A stretch of DNA of 64,000 nt from Octopus vulgaris (taxonomy: Eukaryota): positions 19,964,001 through 20,028,000 of the forward strand of contig OX597837.1 of NCBI GenBank assembly GCA_951406725.2. Reading direction: 5' to 3'. Numbering within the stretch: the first letter of the stretch is position 1; each line of letters begins with the position of its first letter. The translations under genes and the position numbers were made by a program. This document shows positions 1-12,960 of this stretch, in pieces. The notes below the pieces were generated by a model that worked only from the letters and a program-made list of their open reading frames with translations, had not been told where the DNA came from and made no database searches.

Positions 1-158
1 ACTGAAGTGGAGATAAAAATAGAAGGAAAAAATAATGGAATAATGAGATAATAAACAAATGTTTTATTAGATTTTCAGAGGAATGACAGGGTGGGGGGGG
101 GGGGAAATTTGCTGACTTGACTTGGCGTTCGTTGGTTCAATGTAGTTGCGAGGTTGAG

Positions 159-226
<68 letters not shown>

Positions 227-281
227 ATGCGTAGCTAGATCGCTATTTATCTATCTATATATCTATACCTATCTATCTGTC

Positions 282-313
<32 letters not shown>

Positions 314-496
314 CATACACACATACATATACATATAAATTGATATACATACATACATGCATATATATATATATATATATATATATACATGCATACATAC
401 ATACATACATACACACAAATATATGTGTGTGTGTGCATATGTGCATATATATATACACACACACACACGCAGATACATATATATATATATACATAC

Positions 497-594
<98 letters not shown>

Positions 595-1914
595 AGGAAA
601 TAGGGATTAAATAAATCCAGGCGGCTATGTATATATATATATACACATATATATAGACACACACGCAGATACATACATACATACATACATTTATATATAC
701 ACACACATATAATTATGATACATATATAATTATATACACATATAATTACATGATATATATCATATAATTATGCACGAATTCACCTTCACTTACTTCGATG
801 CCCGTATAACTAGGAGCTATGTATTAATAACTGTATCACACAAATATGCATACATACAGTAATTGATATATGCACGCATATGTGTGTGGGCGTGTGCGTG
901 TGTGAGTATATATATATATATCTGTGTATATATATATATGTGTATATATATATATATCTGTGTATATATATATGTGTATATATATATGTATATGTATATA
1001 TATATGTACTTTTATATGTGTGTGCATAGGTAGATCTACACACCCACACACACACATAAATACACACACATACACACACTCTCACACACGCACACACACA
1101 TATATCTATTTATATATGTATGTATACTGATATATCAAGCTCGCGTGAACATTGGTGTGCGTGCGCCTGTGTGTGCGTGTGTGCATATACGCACACACGC
1201 ATATACACACATACATGCTCAAACACACACACACACACACATAGTCATACATAAACATACACACTCACTCACGCACACACACACATACACGTGCACTTAC
1301 ATGCACACAGTGACATTTCCATAGTGTGCAGTTATGTAACATTTCCTCGCCATTGCGTTTGTTCGAAAGCAACAGCATTGTGCATGGCTGTACGAGGCTG
1401 TATTGTGCATGTCTGGAGAGGATGGGTGGGTCTCTCCCTCCAATGCCTCTCCCGCCCACCTCACTGGGAAAGGTGCGGCCTGCTAAATGTTCTTCAAATA
1501 TTGCGGTTATCGTCAAAGGAATCTGCAACAAATGAATAAGATGCAGTTACAGCAGGATATATCGAGTTCTATGATGGCTGCATTTAATCTCAGAGTATAA
1601 TAATACATTGTGATTAAGTGGTTAATGGCCATCACAGATTGGGGGGGGGGGGCGTCGGCTGAACATTCAACGGTTTTGTTTACGAGTTGGGGAAATACCT
1701 TGGGCGGTGCTTCCCTGAATGATGGGTACCGTCCCTCTGGCGGGGAGATGCGACAGAAAAGAAATTTACATTGGTAATGCGAATAACGAAGGCGGTGGAA
1801 AGAGGAAAATCTTTATCGTTTAGGTGTTTCAGTCATTAGTCGGCGGCCATGCTGGGGCACCATCTTGAAGGGTTTAGTTGAACAAATCGACCTCTTGTCT
1901 TATATTCTTTTATC

Positions 1915-2260
1915 ATTTTACTTGTTTCGGTCATTAGACTGCGGTCATACTGGAGCATAGCCTTGAAGAATTTTTGGTTGAATGAATCGACCCCAATAGT
2001 TATTTATTGTTTTAGACTAGGACTTATTCTATCATTCTCTTTTGCCGAACTGCTAAGGTACCAGTACATAAACACACAAACACCGGCTGTTAAGCGGTGA
2101 TGGGAGACAAACACCCCCCACACACATATACTCATAGATACGTACATATATGACGGGCTTCTTTTAGTCTCCGTCTACCAAATCCACTCACTAAGCTTTG
2201 ATCGGCCTGAGGCTATAGAAGGAGATACTTGCTCAATGTGCCATGCAGTAGGACTGAACC
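1915..2260 (-). mobile_element. tRNA-derived SINE, family 1 (head + central microsatellite + 3' domain), decayed
   Basis: Reverse complement of the family-1 SINE at 61414-61830 (CTTGTTTCGGTCATTAGACTGCGG...CCGTCTACCAAATCCACTCAC...GGACTGAACC); a further partial tail lies at about 1822-1900. Confidence 0.85.
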
Positions 2261-3000
2261 TGTTTTGTTATTTTCTTTAAATCTCGTATTAGACCTCTTA
2301 TTGCCGCACTGCTAAGTTAGGGGGACATAAACAAACTAATATAGGTTATCATGTAGTGGTGGTGGTGGTGGTTGTGGTGGTGGTGGTGGAACAAACATAA
2401 ACACGTTCGCACTCATATACTCATGCAGTACATACACACATGAACACACACACACACACACAGACACGGACATAAACATGTATATATGCCATTTTTCAAT
2501 TCTATTTTAAGATTTCTTGCCAACAGAGAAAGATCCGGTTTCTAACGTAAATCTAAGGCTCCTTCACTGGAATTTCAACATTAACAACAGGCTTTGTTTG
2601 TATGTATGTATGTATGTATGTATGTATGTATGTATGTATGTATGTATGTATGTATGTATGTATGTATGTATGTATGCATGTATGTATGTATGTATGCATG
2701 CATGTATGTATATATGTGCAGATTTGTATGTTTTGCTTTATGTATGCATTCTTAATGCATATACTTGCATATCCAGACATGCTCATATATATTTAAATGA
2801 TAAACTTCCGGATAATTTTACAGATTTTTACAGTTCCAGTGATGGATTGGATCTGTAGTCTTCGAATCCGCTTTCACTCTTCTGGTTTTGAGAAGCTTAA
2901 TTGTATGCATGCATGTATGTATGTATGTATGTATGTATGTATGTATGTATGTATGTATGTATGTATGTATGTATGTATGTATGTATGTATGTATGTATGT

Positions 3001-3267
3001 GATGGTGTTACACACCATAGTAATCATATCTGTCGGGCATGTGGAAGAGAGTGTAGTTCGGCAGGAGGACTTAAACGACATGCAAAGGTACATGAAGCCT
3101 AGTTACAACTACAGCCGGCTATTACCGGTAAAGGTTTTTGTTGCCAATTCTGTACAAGACATTGTAGATCTTTGGCTGGGCTTAAAATTCACATTCGATC
3201 ACAGCACCAGTAGCAGTTAAGCTTCGTGCAATGGCCATACTCGATAACGAGGGGGCAGCCATAATAA

Positions 3268-3268
<1 letters not shown>
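3001..3268 (+). mobile_element. 3' end of an RTE-like LINE with two C-terminal C2H2 zinc fingers
   Basis: Reads HICRACGRECSSAGGLKRHAKVHEA*LQLQPAITGKGFCCQFCTRHCRSLAGLKIHIRSQHQ* in one frame with one premature stop. A short UTR (AACGAGGGGGCAGCC-ATAATAAT) follows, and (TATG)n flanks both sides. Confidence 0.65.
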
Positions 3269-3303
<35 letters not shown>

Positions 3304-3449
3304 TGTATGTATGTATGTATGTATGTATGTATGTATGTATGTATGTTCTAATAAACAGCTGATTAATCACAATGACAACATCAACAGCAACAGTCTTCAA
3401 ATTGTAAATATGTAAATATACAGAACTGGATTTCCAGCCATAAATATAT

Positions 3450-4032
3450 TGCTGAGCGAAATGCTTAGCGGCATTTCGTCCGTCTTTAAGTTCTGAGTTC
3501 AAATCCCGCCGAGGCCAGCTTTGCTTTTTATCCTTTCAGGATCTATAAAATAAGTACCATTGCGCACTGGGGACGATGTAATCGTCTTGCTCCCTAACCC
3601 GAAATTGCTGGCCCAGTGCCAAAATTCGAAATCAATATTTTCTAGGCGTGGTGTGATGTGCGGTTAGGAAGCTTGTTTTGCAACCACGTCCTACCACATG
3701 GCACTTGGGGGAAGTGTCTTACCTATAGCCCTGATCCGATCGAGGCCTTGTGAGTGAATTCGGTAGACGGAAACTGTGTGGAAGATCATAGTATATGCTT
3801 GCGCGTGTATGAGCGTGCCAAAATTTTAAACCATTACGTGTTGTATAATTTAAGGCAGCGAGGTGTCAGAATCATTAGCACGTCGAGCAAAATGCTTAGC
3901 GGCATTTCAACCACCTTTACGTTCTGAGTTCAAATCCCGTCGGGGACAGCTTGAACTATTATCTTTTTGGAGTCGGTAAGATCGGCTTGCCCCTTCCTTC
4001 AAAACCGCTGGCCCCTATGCCAAAATTTGAAA
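3450..4032 (+). mobile_element. Cluster of decayed SINEs (two family-2 copies flanking a family-1 head)
   Basis: Family-2 motif GAAATGCTTAGCGGCATTTC...TTCTGAGTTCAAATCCCG occurs twice; a family-1 motif GGTAGACGGAAACTG lies near 3765. Confidence 0.75.
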
Positions 4033-4648
4033 CTCCTCCCCGGGGAACAATTTATCGTGGTAGATCCAACATCCAATACAAACCTTACCAAGTGCATTCA
4101 TGAAGAGTTAAACTTTGACGCGCCTTCCGTAAGGAAACCGAATAATCCAAGGAGGCGACAAATTGCGAAATTCTTCACTGTTGAATAGAATACTTCGTAG
4201 TGTTTGTTCTGAACATAATGCATTGTATTCTGAGTTCAAACTCCGGCTATACCAACATAACCTTTTGAGGAAATAAATAAGTACCAATCTTGGACGGTAG
4301 ATTGGAGGAACTGTTGGCGCATCGGGTGCGAAGTCCTGTGGCATCTGTTCTGGATTTTTCCGTTCTGAAGACAACCTGGTGCCATTTTGTATCGGCCATG
4401 CTTCTCCTCTGAACATGACAGATGGTGTGTAGAGAAGAATCTTGCATCCATGTACAACTACCAGTCTTTATACAAAAATCTATCCAAAGCTGGCATCTCG
4501 GAGAAGTGCCCAGGTACAGAAACTCGCGGTCACTGTTGACCAAAGGAGGTATAAATATCCTGTGGAAACACGTTGAAATCTACAACAATTAACACTCAGG
4601 AGAAGAAAAATTTGCAATTAATATTTTTGATGTTAGAAATCAAAAAGG

Positions 4649-4683
4649 TTTCACGTTTCGGGTAGAACTCTTCGTCAGGAAAT
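4649..4683 (-). ncRNA. Degenerate minimal hammerhead ribozyme-like motif
   Basis: Minus strand: TTTC-CTGACGA-A-GAGT-TCT-ACCC-GAA-ACGT-GAAA. The core is canonical and helix III is the palindrome ACGT, but the cleavage-site nucleotide appears to be missing. Confidence 0.5.
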
Positions 4684-5967
4684 ATCTGCTTGGTTTACTT
4701 GTGTATGGTACAAAGTGATGAGTTGGCAGAGTCGTTATACCATCAGATCGTATTTGTTCCGGCACTCTATGTTCTGATTTTGTTTACATACCGGTGACCT
4801 AACGGTTCGGCAAAATGGAACTCTAGAATAAGTACCAGATTTAAAAATAGATACTGAGTTGAGTTCGACTTGTTCGGCTAAAATTCTTCAAGGTGCACCA
4901 GCATGGTCACAGTCCAAGACTGATACAAGCAAAAAGATAAATACATACTACATATGGCTGTAAAATATAAACAACAAACTAACTTATAATTGAAGACATT
5001 GTCAAGTATTAGTGCACCTGATAGACATGGCTATGGCATCCGTAGCGTTAGTTAATGTCCTGACCTGTAAGTGCATATATATATATATGCACAGGCGAAT
5101 GCGGTGCCGAGGTCAACTTTACATATTTTGCAGGGTCGATAAATAAAGTACCAGATATCGATTGTAGATTGAAGGAATATTCTTTGCATTTTGAGTTCTA
5201 AATCTTCTAAAGGCTAGGGTTCACCACTTAGCCATGGGACCCACAATTCATTATGAAAGGTGATGTAATAGGGAGTCAAGTGAAAATGATGAGAATAGTA
5301 CGATAGGGTGAACTCTATTATCTAGTGTGGTTTTGGATGCCAATGAAAGGCTTCAATATATATGTATACCACCGGCTTCTTTCAGTTTCCGTCTACCAAA
5401 TCCACCCACAAGGCTTTGGTCGGCCCGAGGCTATCGTAGAAGACACTTGCTCAAGGTGTCACACTGTAGGACTGAACTTGGAACCATGTGATTGGAAAGC
5501 ACCTACACATATGTAATCATATATGTATTTTACCGCAGTATGTGAACAATAGCGTCGTTACTCATAGTTTCCCTACTGAGTCATTGCATTTTTGACGACA
5601 TATGTGTCAACTAAACGATTATGACTCCATAGAGTCCTTGGGGTTTCCATCAGTATTTACATACTTTGCCGATCCACGGCGAAAGATTTATAAAACAGAG
5701 ACTTAAGTATCTCAATTTCAAAGCTACCTGTAACAGAATATCAACTTGTTGGTTGAGGAGGATGTTATCTCTTCACAATAAAATACCTCAAAGGCAACTT
5801 AAGTGCTAAAGTCCTCACGTCTATAGCAACCTTACGCAGGCAACGACGAACTGCAGCAGCATCAATCTCCAAACACTAGGCTTTTTCAATGTTTATAGTT
5901 TCACAATCTCTCATGATCTTTCAAAGCTACCTCATCTCATTAATATAGACAAAGCTGAACTCTAAGC

Positions 5968-6788
5968 ATTCTGGTTTAAGCAAGCCATATAAACCCTCAT
6001 AACTTTTTAATGTCTTAGAATTTTCTGAAAAAATTTGTGAATTTGTGTTCTATAAATAGGAATAAATTCAGGAGTTTATTCCTATGTATAGAGCACAAAT
6101 TCACATTTTTTTTTTTTTGTATACACAGCAAGTTTAGATGGGCTGGACACGTCGTCCGGCTCACCGATAATCGGTGGACCCGCGCGAGCGGAAGCGACCA
6201 CCCGGAAGGCCGCCACGACGGTGGTGCTACGATTTCAGGAGGACGATTGGGATCACGTGGATGAGAAAGGCGCGATCCAGAGAGGAGTGGACAGCGTGCT
6301 GTGACCAGCGGTGTCAAATGGACGCCTGACGGACTGGTCGGTCAAGGTGATCAAGGTGACATAGGAATAAATACGACTATGAAAGAAAATAAGATTAAAC
6401 AAAAGTTTTTTTTTTTGAAACCCACCCACTCCCTCTCCCATAAACCCTAAAATGTTCCACACTTTTTCGGTTTTTTACGTTAGGTTGAAACACTGACAGT
6501 CCGAATTTTTTGCTTAAATCCTGGCAATGGACCACCCTTGGGTGCATCATCATTCCATTAAATATAAGGAGGACAAAATTGTGAATTATCAATACATGTC
6601 AATGTGGAAAATTAACGAGGAAGGTATGAGGTGGTCGTGAGATGTGCTAAAAATAACAGCTAAATCACCCTTAAATCTTTTATAATCGTATGAAATCCAG
6701 TGTGTAGAACACAAATTCGCAAGAATATTCTGAAAATTCCATACAATATAAAAGTTATGAGGGGTTATATGGGGTGCTTAAATAGAAT
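5968..6788. repeat. Fold-back/MITE-like inverted repeat with an inner hairpin
   Basis: 5968-6060 is an imperfect reverse complement of 6697-6788; 6036-6105 forms a near-perfect hairpin of about 33 bp. Confidence 0.7.
6127..6360 (+). mobile_element. 3' end of an RTE-like LINE
   Basis: KFRWAGHVVRLTDNRWT and, after a frameshift, KRPPGRPPRRW...WMRKARSREEW; ends in a short tandem tail (TCAAGGTGA)2. Confidence 0.8.
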
Positions 6789-7308
6789 TCCACCCATTAG
6801 TGTTCTTCAAGTTCAGAAAATATTCCAGTGCTTGAAAATTCTCCACATGTGAGCAATTGGTACTACCACAATGCGAACACGTGCCCTACATTTGATAGGG
6901 TAGGGAAATTCACATCACTGTAAATGGTATTCTTACTATATACATGCGTCCAAAACCGCATCCATACGAAGGTCACTCCTTGATATCTTATACTCATTAA
7001 CTTCCCAGACGTGCTATTTCTTCGCTCACCCTCAACAATTCTGATTCTGTGGACCGGTATGCTGTATCAAATCTACAATGAAACTGTTGAAATACTCATC
7101 GTACGACAAACAGGGATATGATGTATCTATTTACAAACCGGGATTTATACAGATGTGGCTGTTTCGTAAGAAGTTTGCAACCACTCCACATGGTCCCAGG
7201 TTCAGTCTCATTGCGTGACACCTTGGGCATGTGTGTATTTTAGTTTAGCCTTGGGCTGACTAAAGCCTTGCGAGTGGATTTGATAGACGGAAACTCAAAG
7301 AACTCTTC

Positions 7309-7570
<262 letters not shown>

Positions 7571-7598
7571 CTTTAGTGGCTAGCGGTCGATGGCCGGA

Positions 7599-9219
7599 CA
7601 GATTTGGACAAACTAATGGAAACACTTAGCATCATAGAATCATCCTTTTGATATATCTATAAAACCATCGAAAGCTTGTTTATTTTTATGTTTTTTTTAT
7701 TTATTATTAGTGTTGCTTAATATGTTTTGCTAAACTTGCTGTTTCTTTTCAGATACCATCAGAAAAGGGTGATTAAAATTCATTATAATGACAGATCTAT
7801 CGGACTTTCAAAGAGATGGAGGTAGTCGAGGAGGTAGAGACCTTCCCGAAAAAAAAGGGGGAAAGAAAGAAGAAGGTGGGCAACAATGGTTGCTCACCGA
7901 AGGACCCTAAAGCTGCGGGAGGCAGGGATTATCCTCCGGTTAAAGCAGAGGAACCACTCTCTCCCGTATCAAAGACAAGAAAAAAGAAGAAAAAGAATGG
8001 GGCAGTGCCGGCGGTTAGCAGTACACTGCCGGCATGTCCCGAAACCTCGTCGGTGGGAATTTGTACCACCGAGGGAGGAAACTATGGCCCCTCCCAATAT
8101 AATAAATGAGAAATTTGTGATCTTGTTTCTCAAGGGAGGGGCCGTAGAGAAATTTGTGAGGAATCTGGAAGGTCGGGAACAGGCAAACCTTCCATCTGCA
8201 TTTTGCCTTTAGGGCAAATGTAATGAGATAAAGAATTACTGTCTCGAAAGTAGTTACAGTCTTTGAGAAAAAGGGAAAAACTTCCTCGTCGAAACAAAAC
8301 CCAGGAAGAAAACCAAAACTTTCAGATATGGATCGTCGGACTCTTACGCAAACTGTTAGAAAGGATCACAAAAGTTCAGCTCCCAAAATGTCTGCAAAGC
8401 TTAATGAGTACCTCGAGAACCCCAGTTTCCACAAAAACTGTTCACCGGGAGCTGCACAAAGCCGGATTTCACGGGAGGGCTGCAATGAGAAAACCACTAC
8501 TTCCAAAAACAAACGTTGCAAAGCGTTTAGAGTGCAATAAAAACCTACAGAATTGGTCCCTAGAGCAGTGGAAGAATGTTATTTTTCTCGGACGAGTCAT
8601 CCTTTACCTAACTTCCGACCGCTGGCCGGGTATACGTGTGGAGACAGCCAGGAGAAGCACTTGACCCAGACTGCCTTCTTCCAACTGTTAAACATGGAGG
8701 AGCATCTGTGATGATCGGGTGGGTGGGAGGCTATATCTTCGAAATCCGCTGGCCCAATGGTTTTTCTTCATGGCAGAATTAATAGTCAAGGCTATTTAAG
8801 CACTTTATCGCATCAAATTAATCCTATGGTCGCGGAACAGTTTCCGGAGGGAAACGCAATCTTTCAGGATGATAATTCACCAATTCACACAGCTAAAGTT
8901 GTTACTGAATGGCACTAGGAACATTCTAGTGAAGTTGAACATCTGATCTGGCCAGCACAGTTCCCAGATCTCAATATTATTGAACATTTATGGTGCATTT
9001 TAGAAAAAAAATATTGAGTCGATATCTTCCACCATCATCACTACAAGAATTGGAGACTGTTTTAGCTGAAGAATGGACAAAAATTCCTTTGGAAACAATT
9101 CAAACTTTGTACGAGTCCATACCTTGTAGAATTCATGCTGAAATTACTGCCAAAGGCGGTCCTACCCCATATTAAAATAAATTTGTTTGAAATGTTAAGG
9201 TTATTTTGTCCAACTACTG
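7599..9219 (+). mobile_element. Tc1-family DNA transposon with DD36E spacing (Incomer-like), inactivated
   Basis: Left TIR CAGATTTGGACAAACTAATGG matches the right TIR (reverse complement CAGTAGTTGGACAAAATAA), which is followed by TA. Transposase starts at 7788 (MTDLSDFQR) and shows GRKPKLS, RKPLL, VIFxDES and FQDDNSPIHT...WPAQFPDLNIIEHLW, ending GGPTPY* at 9175, with frameshifts and a stop. Confidence 0.92.
7816..8215 (+). other. Foreign GC-richer, lysine-rich coding-like fragment inside the Tc1 transposase (possibly a LINE ORF1 piece)
   Basis: Interrupts the transposase after codon 9; the ORF at 7816-8109 has KKK-rich segments; no recognisable domain. Confidence 0.35.
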
Positions 9220-9454
9220 TATATATATATATGTATGTATATGTATATGTTTGTGTGTCTGTGTTTGTCTCCCCAACATCGCTTGACAACCGATGCTGGT
9301 GTGTCTATGCCGCGTAACTTAGTGGTTCGGCAAAAAATGCGATAGAAAAATTACTTGGCTTACAAAGAATAAGTCATCGGGTCGATTTGCTCGACTAAAG
9401 GCGATGCTCCAGCATGACCACAGTCAAATGACTGAAACAAGTAAAAGAATAAAA

Positions 9455-9493
<39 letters not shown>

Positions 9494-9774
9494 TATATAT
9501 ATATATATATATATATATTTCTTGCCGTTTGTGTTCAGACGGTAACTATTGGTCGAAAGCAGAGTCGTCTGCTACTATAACAGGAAGGCCGTATAAACAA
9601 AGCAGCACCTTACTTGGATTCTTTCAATAATAGTAGAGCATTGTAAGCTAAGATAAATATATTTAGCGAGATGTTCCAATTCCGACTTCTTTGAAACTCT
9701 CACAAATTGCAGCTTATTTAAAGAATATCAATGAATGGGTCTAGAAATATCACCATTGATACATATATATATGT

Positions 9775-9809
<35 letters not shown>

Positions 9810-9820
9810 TACATACATAT

Positions 9821-9872
<52 letters not shown>

Positions 9873-9881
9873 GTATGTATG

Positions 9882-9959
<78 letters not shown>

Positions 9960-10104
9960 CACACTCACACGTACACGCACACAGACATATGTATATTTTT
10001 TTCCTCTTCATAATAACCATACACCTTGCTTACACACACATACACAAGTATACAAGAATAGTTGGGTGGATAGATATACGCATACATATGAGTGTGTACG
10101 GGAT

Positions 10105-10487
10105 AGTGGAGGCGCAATAGCCCAGCAGTTAGGGCAGCGGATTCGCGGTTACAGCTTCGCGGTTTCGATTCCCAGACCGGGTGTTGTTAATGTTTATTGA
10201 ACAAAAACACTTAACGCTCCACAGACTCCGGCAGTTGGTGGTGTCGAATCCTGCTGTACTATTCCGCCACAACTTTCACTCACTCTTTCTTCCTGTTTCT
10301 CTTGTATCTGTATTTCAAAGGGTCAGCCTTGTCACCCTCTGCATCACGCTGAATCTCCCTAAGAACTACGTTAACGGTACACGTGTCTGTGGAGTGCTCA
10401 GCCACTTGCACGTTAACTTCACGAGCAAGCTGTTCCGTTGATCGAATCAACTAGTCCCTCATCGTCGTTACCAACGGAGTGCCGTAG
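10105..10487 (+). mobile_element. tRNA-derived SINE, family 3 (Ceph-SINE-like)
   Basis: A/B-box-like head (GGTTTCGATTCCC). The body (GGTACACGTGTCTGTGGAGTGCTCAGCCACTTGCACGTTAA...CGGAGTGCC) is shared with 57754-58068 and a decayed copy near 26405-26580. Confidence 0.75.
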
Positions 10488-10515
10488 TACGAAATATGTA
10501 TGAACACACACACAC

Positions 10516-10620
<105 letters not shown>

Positions 10621-10636
10621 TATAACAATATATTTG

Positions 10637-10672
<36 letters not shown>

Positions 10673-11930
10673 TTCGTATACATGAACACACATATGTAAC
10701 GGTAGAAATTGACAGTTACATCGAATTATTTGGAAGAAGAGATTTCTAGGTTTATTCCACCTGTTAGCCCTAATGAATCGCCAATGAATTTTCGAAAACA
10801 GGCTGAAACCATTAGGCCGTTCGCTAATGAGCTTAATTAGCATAGAGAAAGGGTTGTGAGTTCAGCTCTTATATGCTTTAAACAACTGCGTTGAAACGAT
10901 GAAAAACTGCAGGGAGAAGTCACAATTAGTGTTTTTGGTTAAAATCTAAAGCTCTGGGTAGAGTTAAGGTCCGGCAATTATCTATAACATAGTTCTTGTT
11001 GGGTTTACTTTCTTAGTCTTAATATATCATGGTTCATAGATCTGGAGAATTTTACGCTCTGCTGCTAATTGTGGAAAGTATCTACCAGGAAGTTGTCGAC
11101 CCCCAAAAAACAAAAGTCTTGCCTTACAGTTGAGCTTCTTTTACAATCAATTTTCGCCTGCTGCAAACTTCTATTCAGTGGTACGAACAACACTGACAAC
11201 ACGCATGCGCGAAAGCAAGCTTCTTACCACACGTCCACGCCTGCTCCTATTGACAAATAGATGCAAAATTTAGCGATAGTTATATAGATTTGAAACAAAT
11301 TCCGGTTGGATATTTCGTATCTTAGTATAACGAAGTAACCACACAGCCAATCTTCCACATCTTCAAATATGAAGAATCCATCTTTCATGTTGTTTTGCAC
11401 CACAGTTTCAGACAAAACACTATATTTAGATACATTTACTTCAAGGTTTCCCTTCATACACTACTAAAAATTAGGCCTTCTCTATCAAGACTATGGTAAT
11501 CCACAAGTCAACATACAAGAATGGATAGCATGGGCACACACGACGAGAGATCTCAGAGAAGAGCGAATAGATCGTATTATACCGATAAATATCAGTTTCA
11601 ATGAACAGGGAGATTAAGCTAAATCTGTTACATACTTTTTATTAAAGACGAATAGAAAAATATATCTCCCTAATGGATGCATTAATTCCAACAGATAACA
11701 TTATATTCCTGAACAAAATATAGGGAAAAGCTTGCCAAATATAAGACATAGAAATGCAGATAACTTGAATGATGATATTAAAGACTGAAAGAGTACTTTA
11801 TGCTTGGAGGGTGATGAAATGAGGTGCAAACAAATATATGTAACCAACTCCACCAGGACATAAATATATAAACACGACATACGAAATAAAGTCGTAGGCG
11901 AAGCTATGTGGCAAAAATACTGAATACCAA

Positions 11931-12347
11931 AGGCGGCGAGCTGGCAGAAGCGTTAGTACGCCGGGCGAAATGATTAGCGGTATTTCGTCTGCCGTTACGT
12001 TCTGAGTTCAAAATCCGCCGAGGTCGACTTTGTCTTCCATTCTTTCGGGGTCGATTAAATAAGTACCAGTTACGCACTGGGGTCGATATAATCGACTTAA
12101 TCCCTTTGTATGTCCTTATTTGTCCTCTCTGTGTTTAGCCCCTTGTGAGTAGTAAAAAAATAGGTATTTCGTCTGCCGATACGTTCTAAGTTCAAATTAC
12201 GCCGAGGTCGACTTTGCCTTTCATCTTTTCGCGGTAGATAATTTAAGTATCAGTTCCTCACTGGGGTCGATGTAATCGACTTAATCCCTTTGTCTGTCCT
12301 TGTTTGTCCCCTCTATGTTTAGCCCCTTGTGGGCTATAAAGAAATAA
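11931..12347 (+). mobile_element. Tandem family-2 SINE (MetaSINE-like domain) inserted into a family-1 SINE
   Basis: Two units with GAGTTCAAA and GCCTTTCATCxTTTCGGGGTCGAT..AAGTACCAG. The host head at 11896-11930 resumes at about 12357, with an ATACCAA duplication at both junctions. Confidence 0.85.
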
Positions 12348-12581
12348 GAATATTACATACCAACCATGTGGCCTTGGGAACAGTTCCACTGCGCGGCGCT
12401 TTGGACTGATGTCTTCTAGTATAGCCCAATTTCGACCAAAGCTTTGTGGATTTGCTTGGCAGAAACTGAAGAAACGCGCCATGTATGTATAAATGTGTGT
12501 GTGTTTGTGTGTGTGTAGAAAGAAAGAGATCCATTATGGGTAGAATCAACAAACAAATTATTCCATCCAATGAAAGAGAAA

Positions 12582-12734
12582 TATCAATTTAATACTCAAC
12601 CAAAAGAGCCGCTAACAGTTTTATGCCTTTATGATACTTTAACTAAAAGATTCATGGTATATTTTATAAATATGTCAAGTTCATAAAAGCATGAAACTAT
12701 TAGTAGTTCTTTCGGTATGTATATTAAATTGATA
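12582..12734. repeat. Degenerate fold-back inverted repeat (arms about 55 bp)
   Basis: TATCAATTTAATAC...GCTAACAGTTTTATGCCTTTATGA pairs with TCATAAAAGCATGAAACTATTAGT...TATTAAATTGATA. Confidence 0.7.
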
Positions 12735-12960
12735 GGGTGTTGAAATCACGATTGCGAGATCGTGGTTTCAATTCCTAGACCGGGTGATGCATTGTGTTCT
12801 TGAGCAAAACACTTCATTTCCTGTTGCACTGCAATCACTTCAACACCTAATGCGTGGCACATAGTGCACTTGTTCAGACAATGTCAATTTGATGGAGGAG
12901 AGCGAGGTAATGTGCGGCACGAACATTTGATCAAATGTACTGATAAACTCTGGACCGAAA
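12735..12960 (+). mobile_element. tRNA-derived SINE, family 4
   Basis: GGTTTCAATTCCTAGACCGGG...TTCTTGAGCAAAACACTTCATTTC; homologous to 60450-60745. Confidence 0.7.

Noticed and set aside
2797-3213. C2H2 zinc-finger host gene
   Set aside because: It has an in-frame stop, no TGEKP linkers, a retroelement-like 3' end and microsatellite on both sides; better explained as a LINE C-terminus.
7735-7760. Plus-strand splice acceptor TTTCTTTTCAG as a host exon
   Set aside because: It lies inside the Tc1 5' region upstream of the transposase ATG.
9530-9572. Hammerhead-like CAGACGGT-AACT-ATT-GGTC-GAAAGCAGAGTC
   Set aside because: Too many core and helix mismatches to support.
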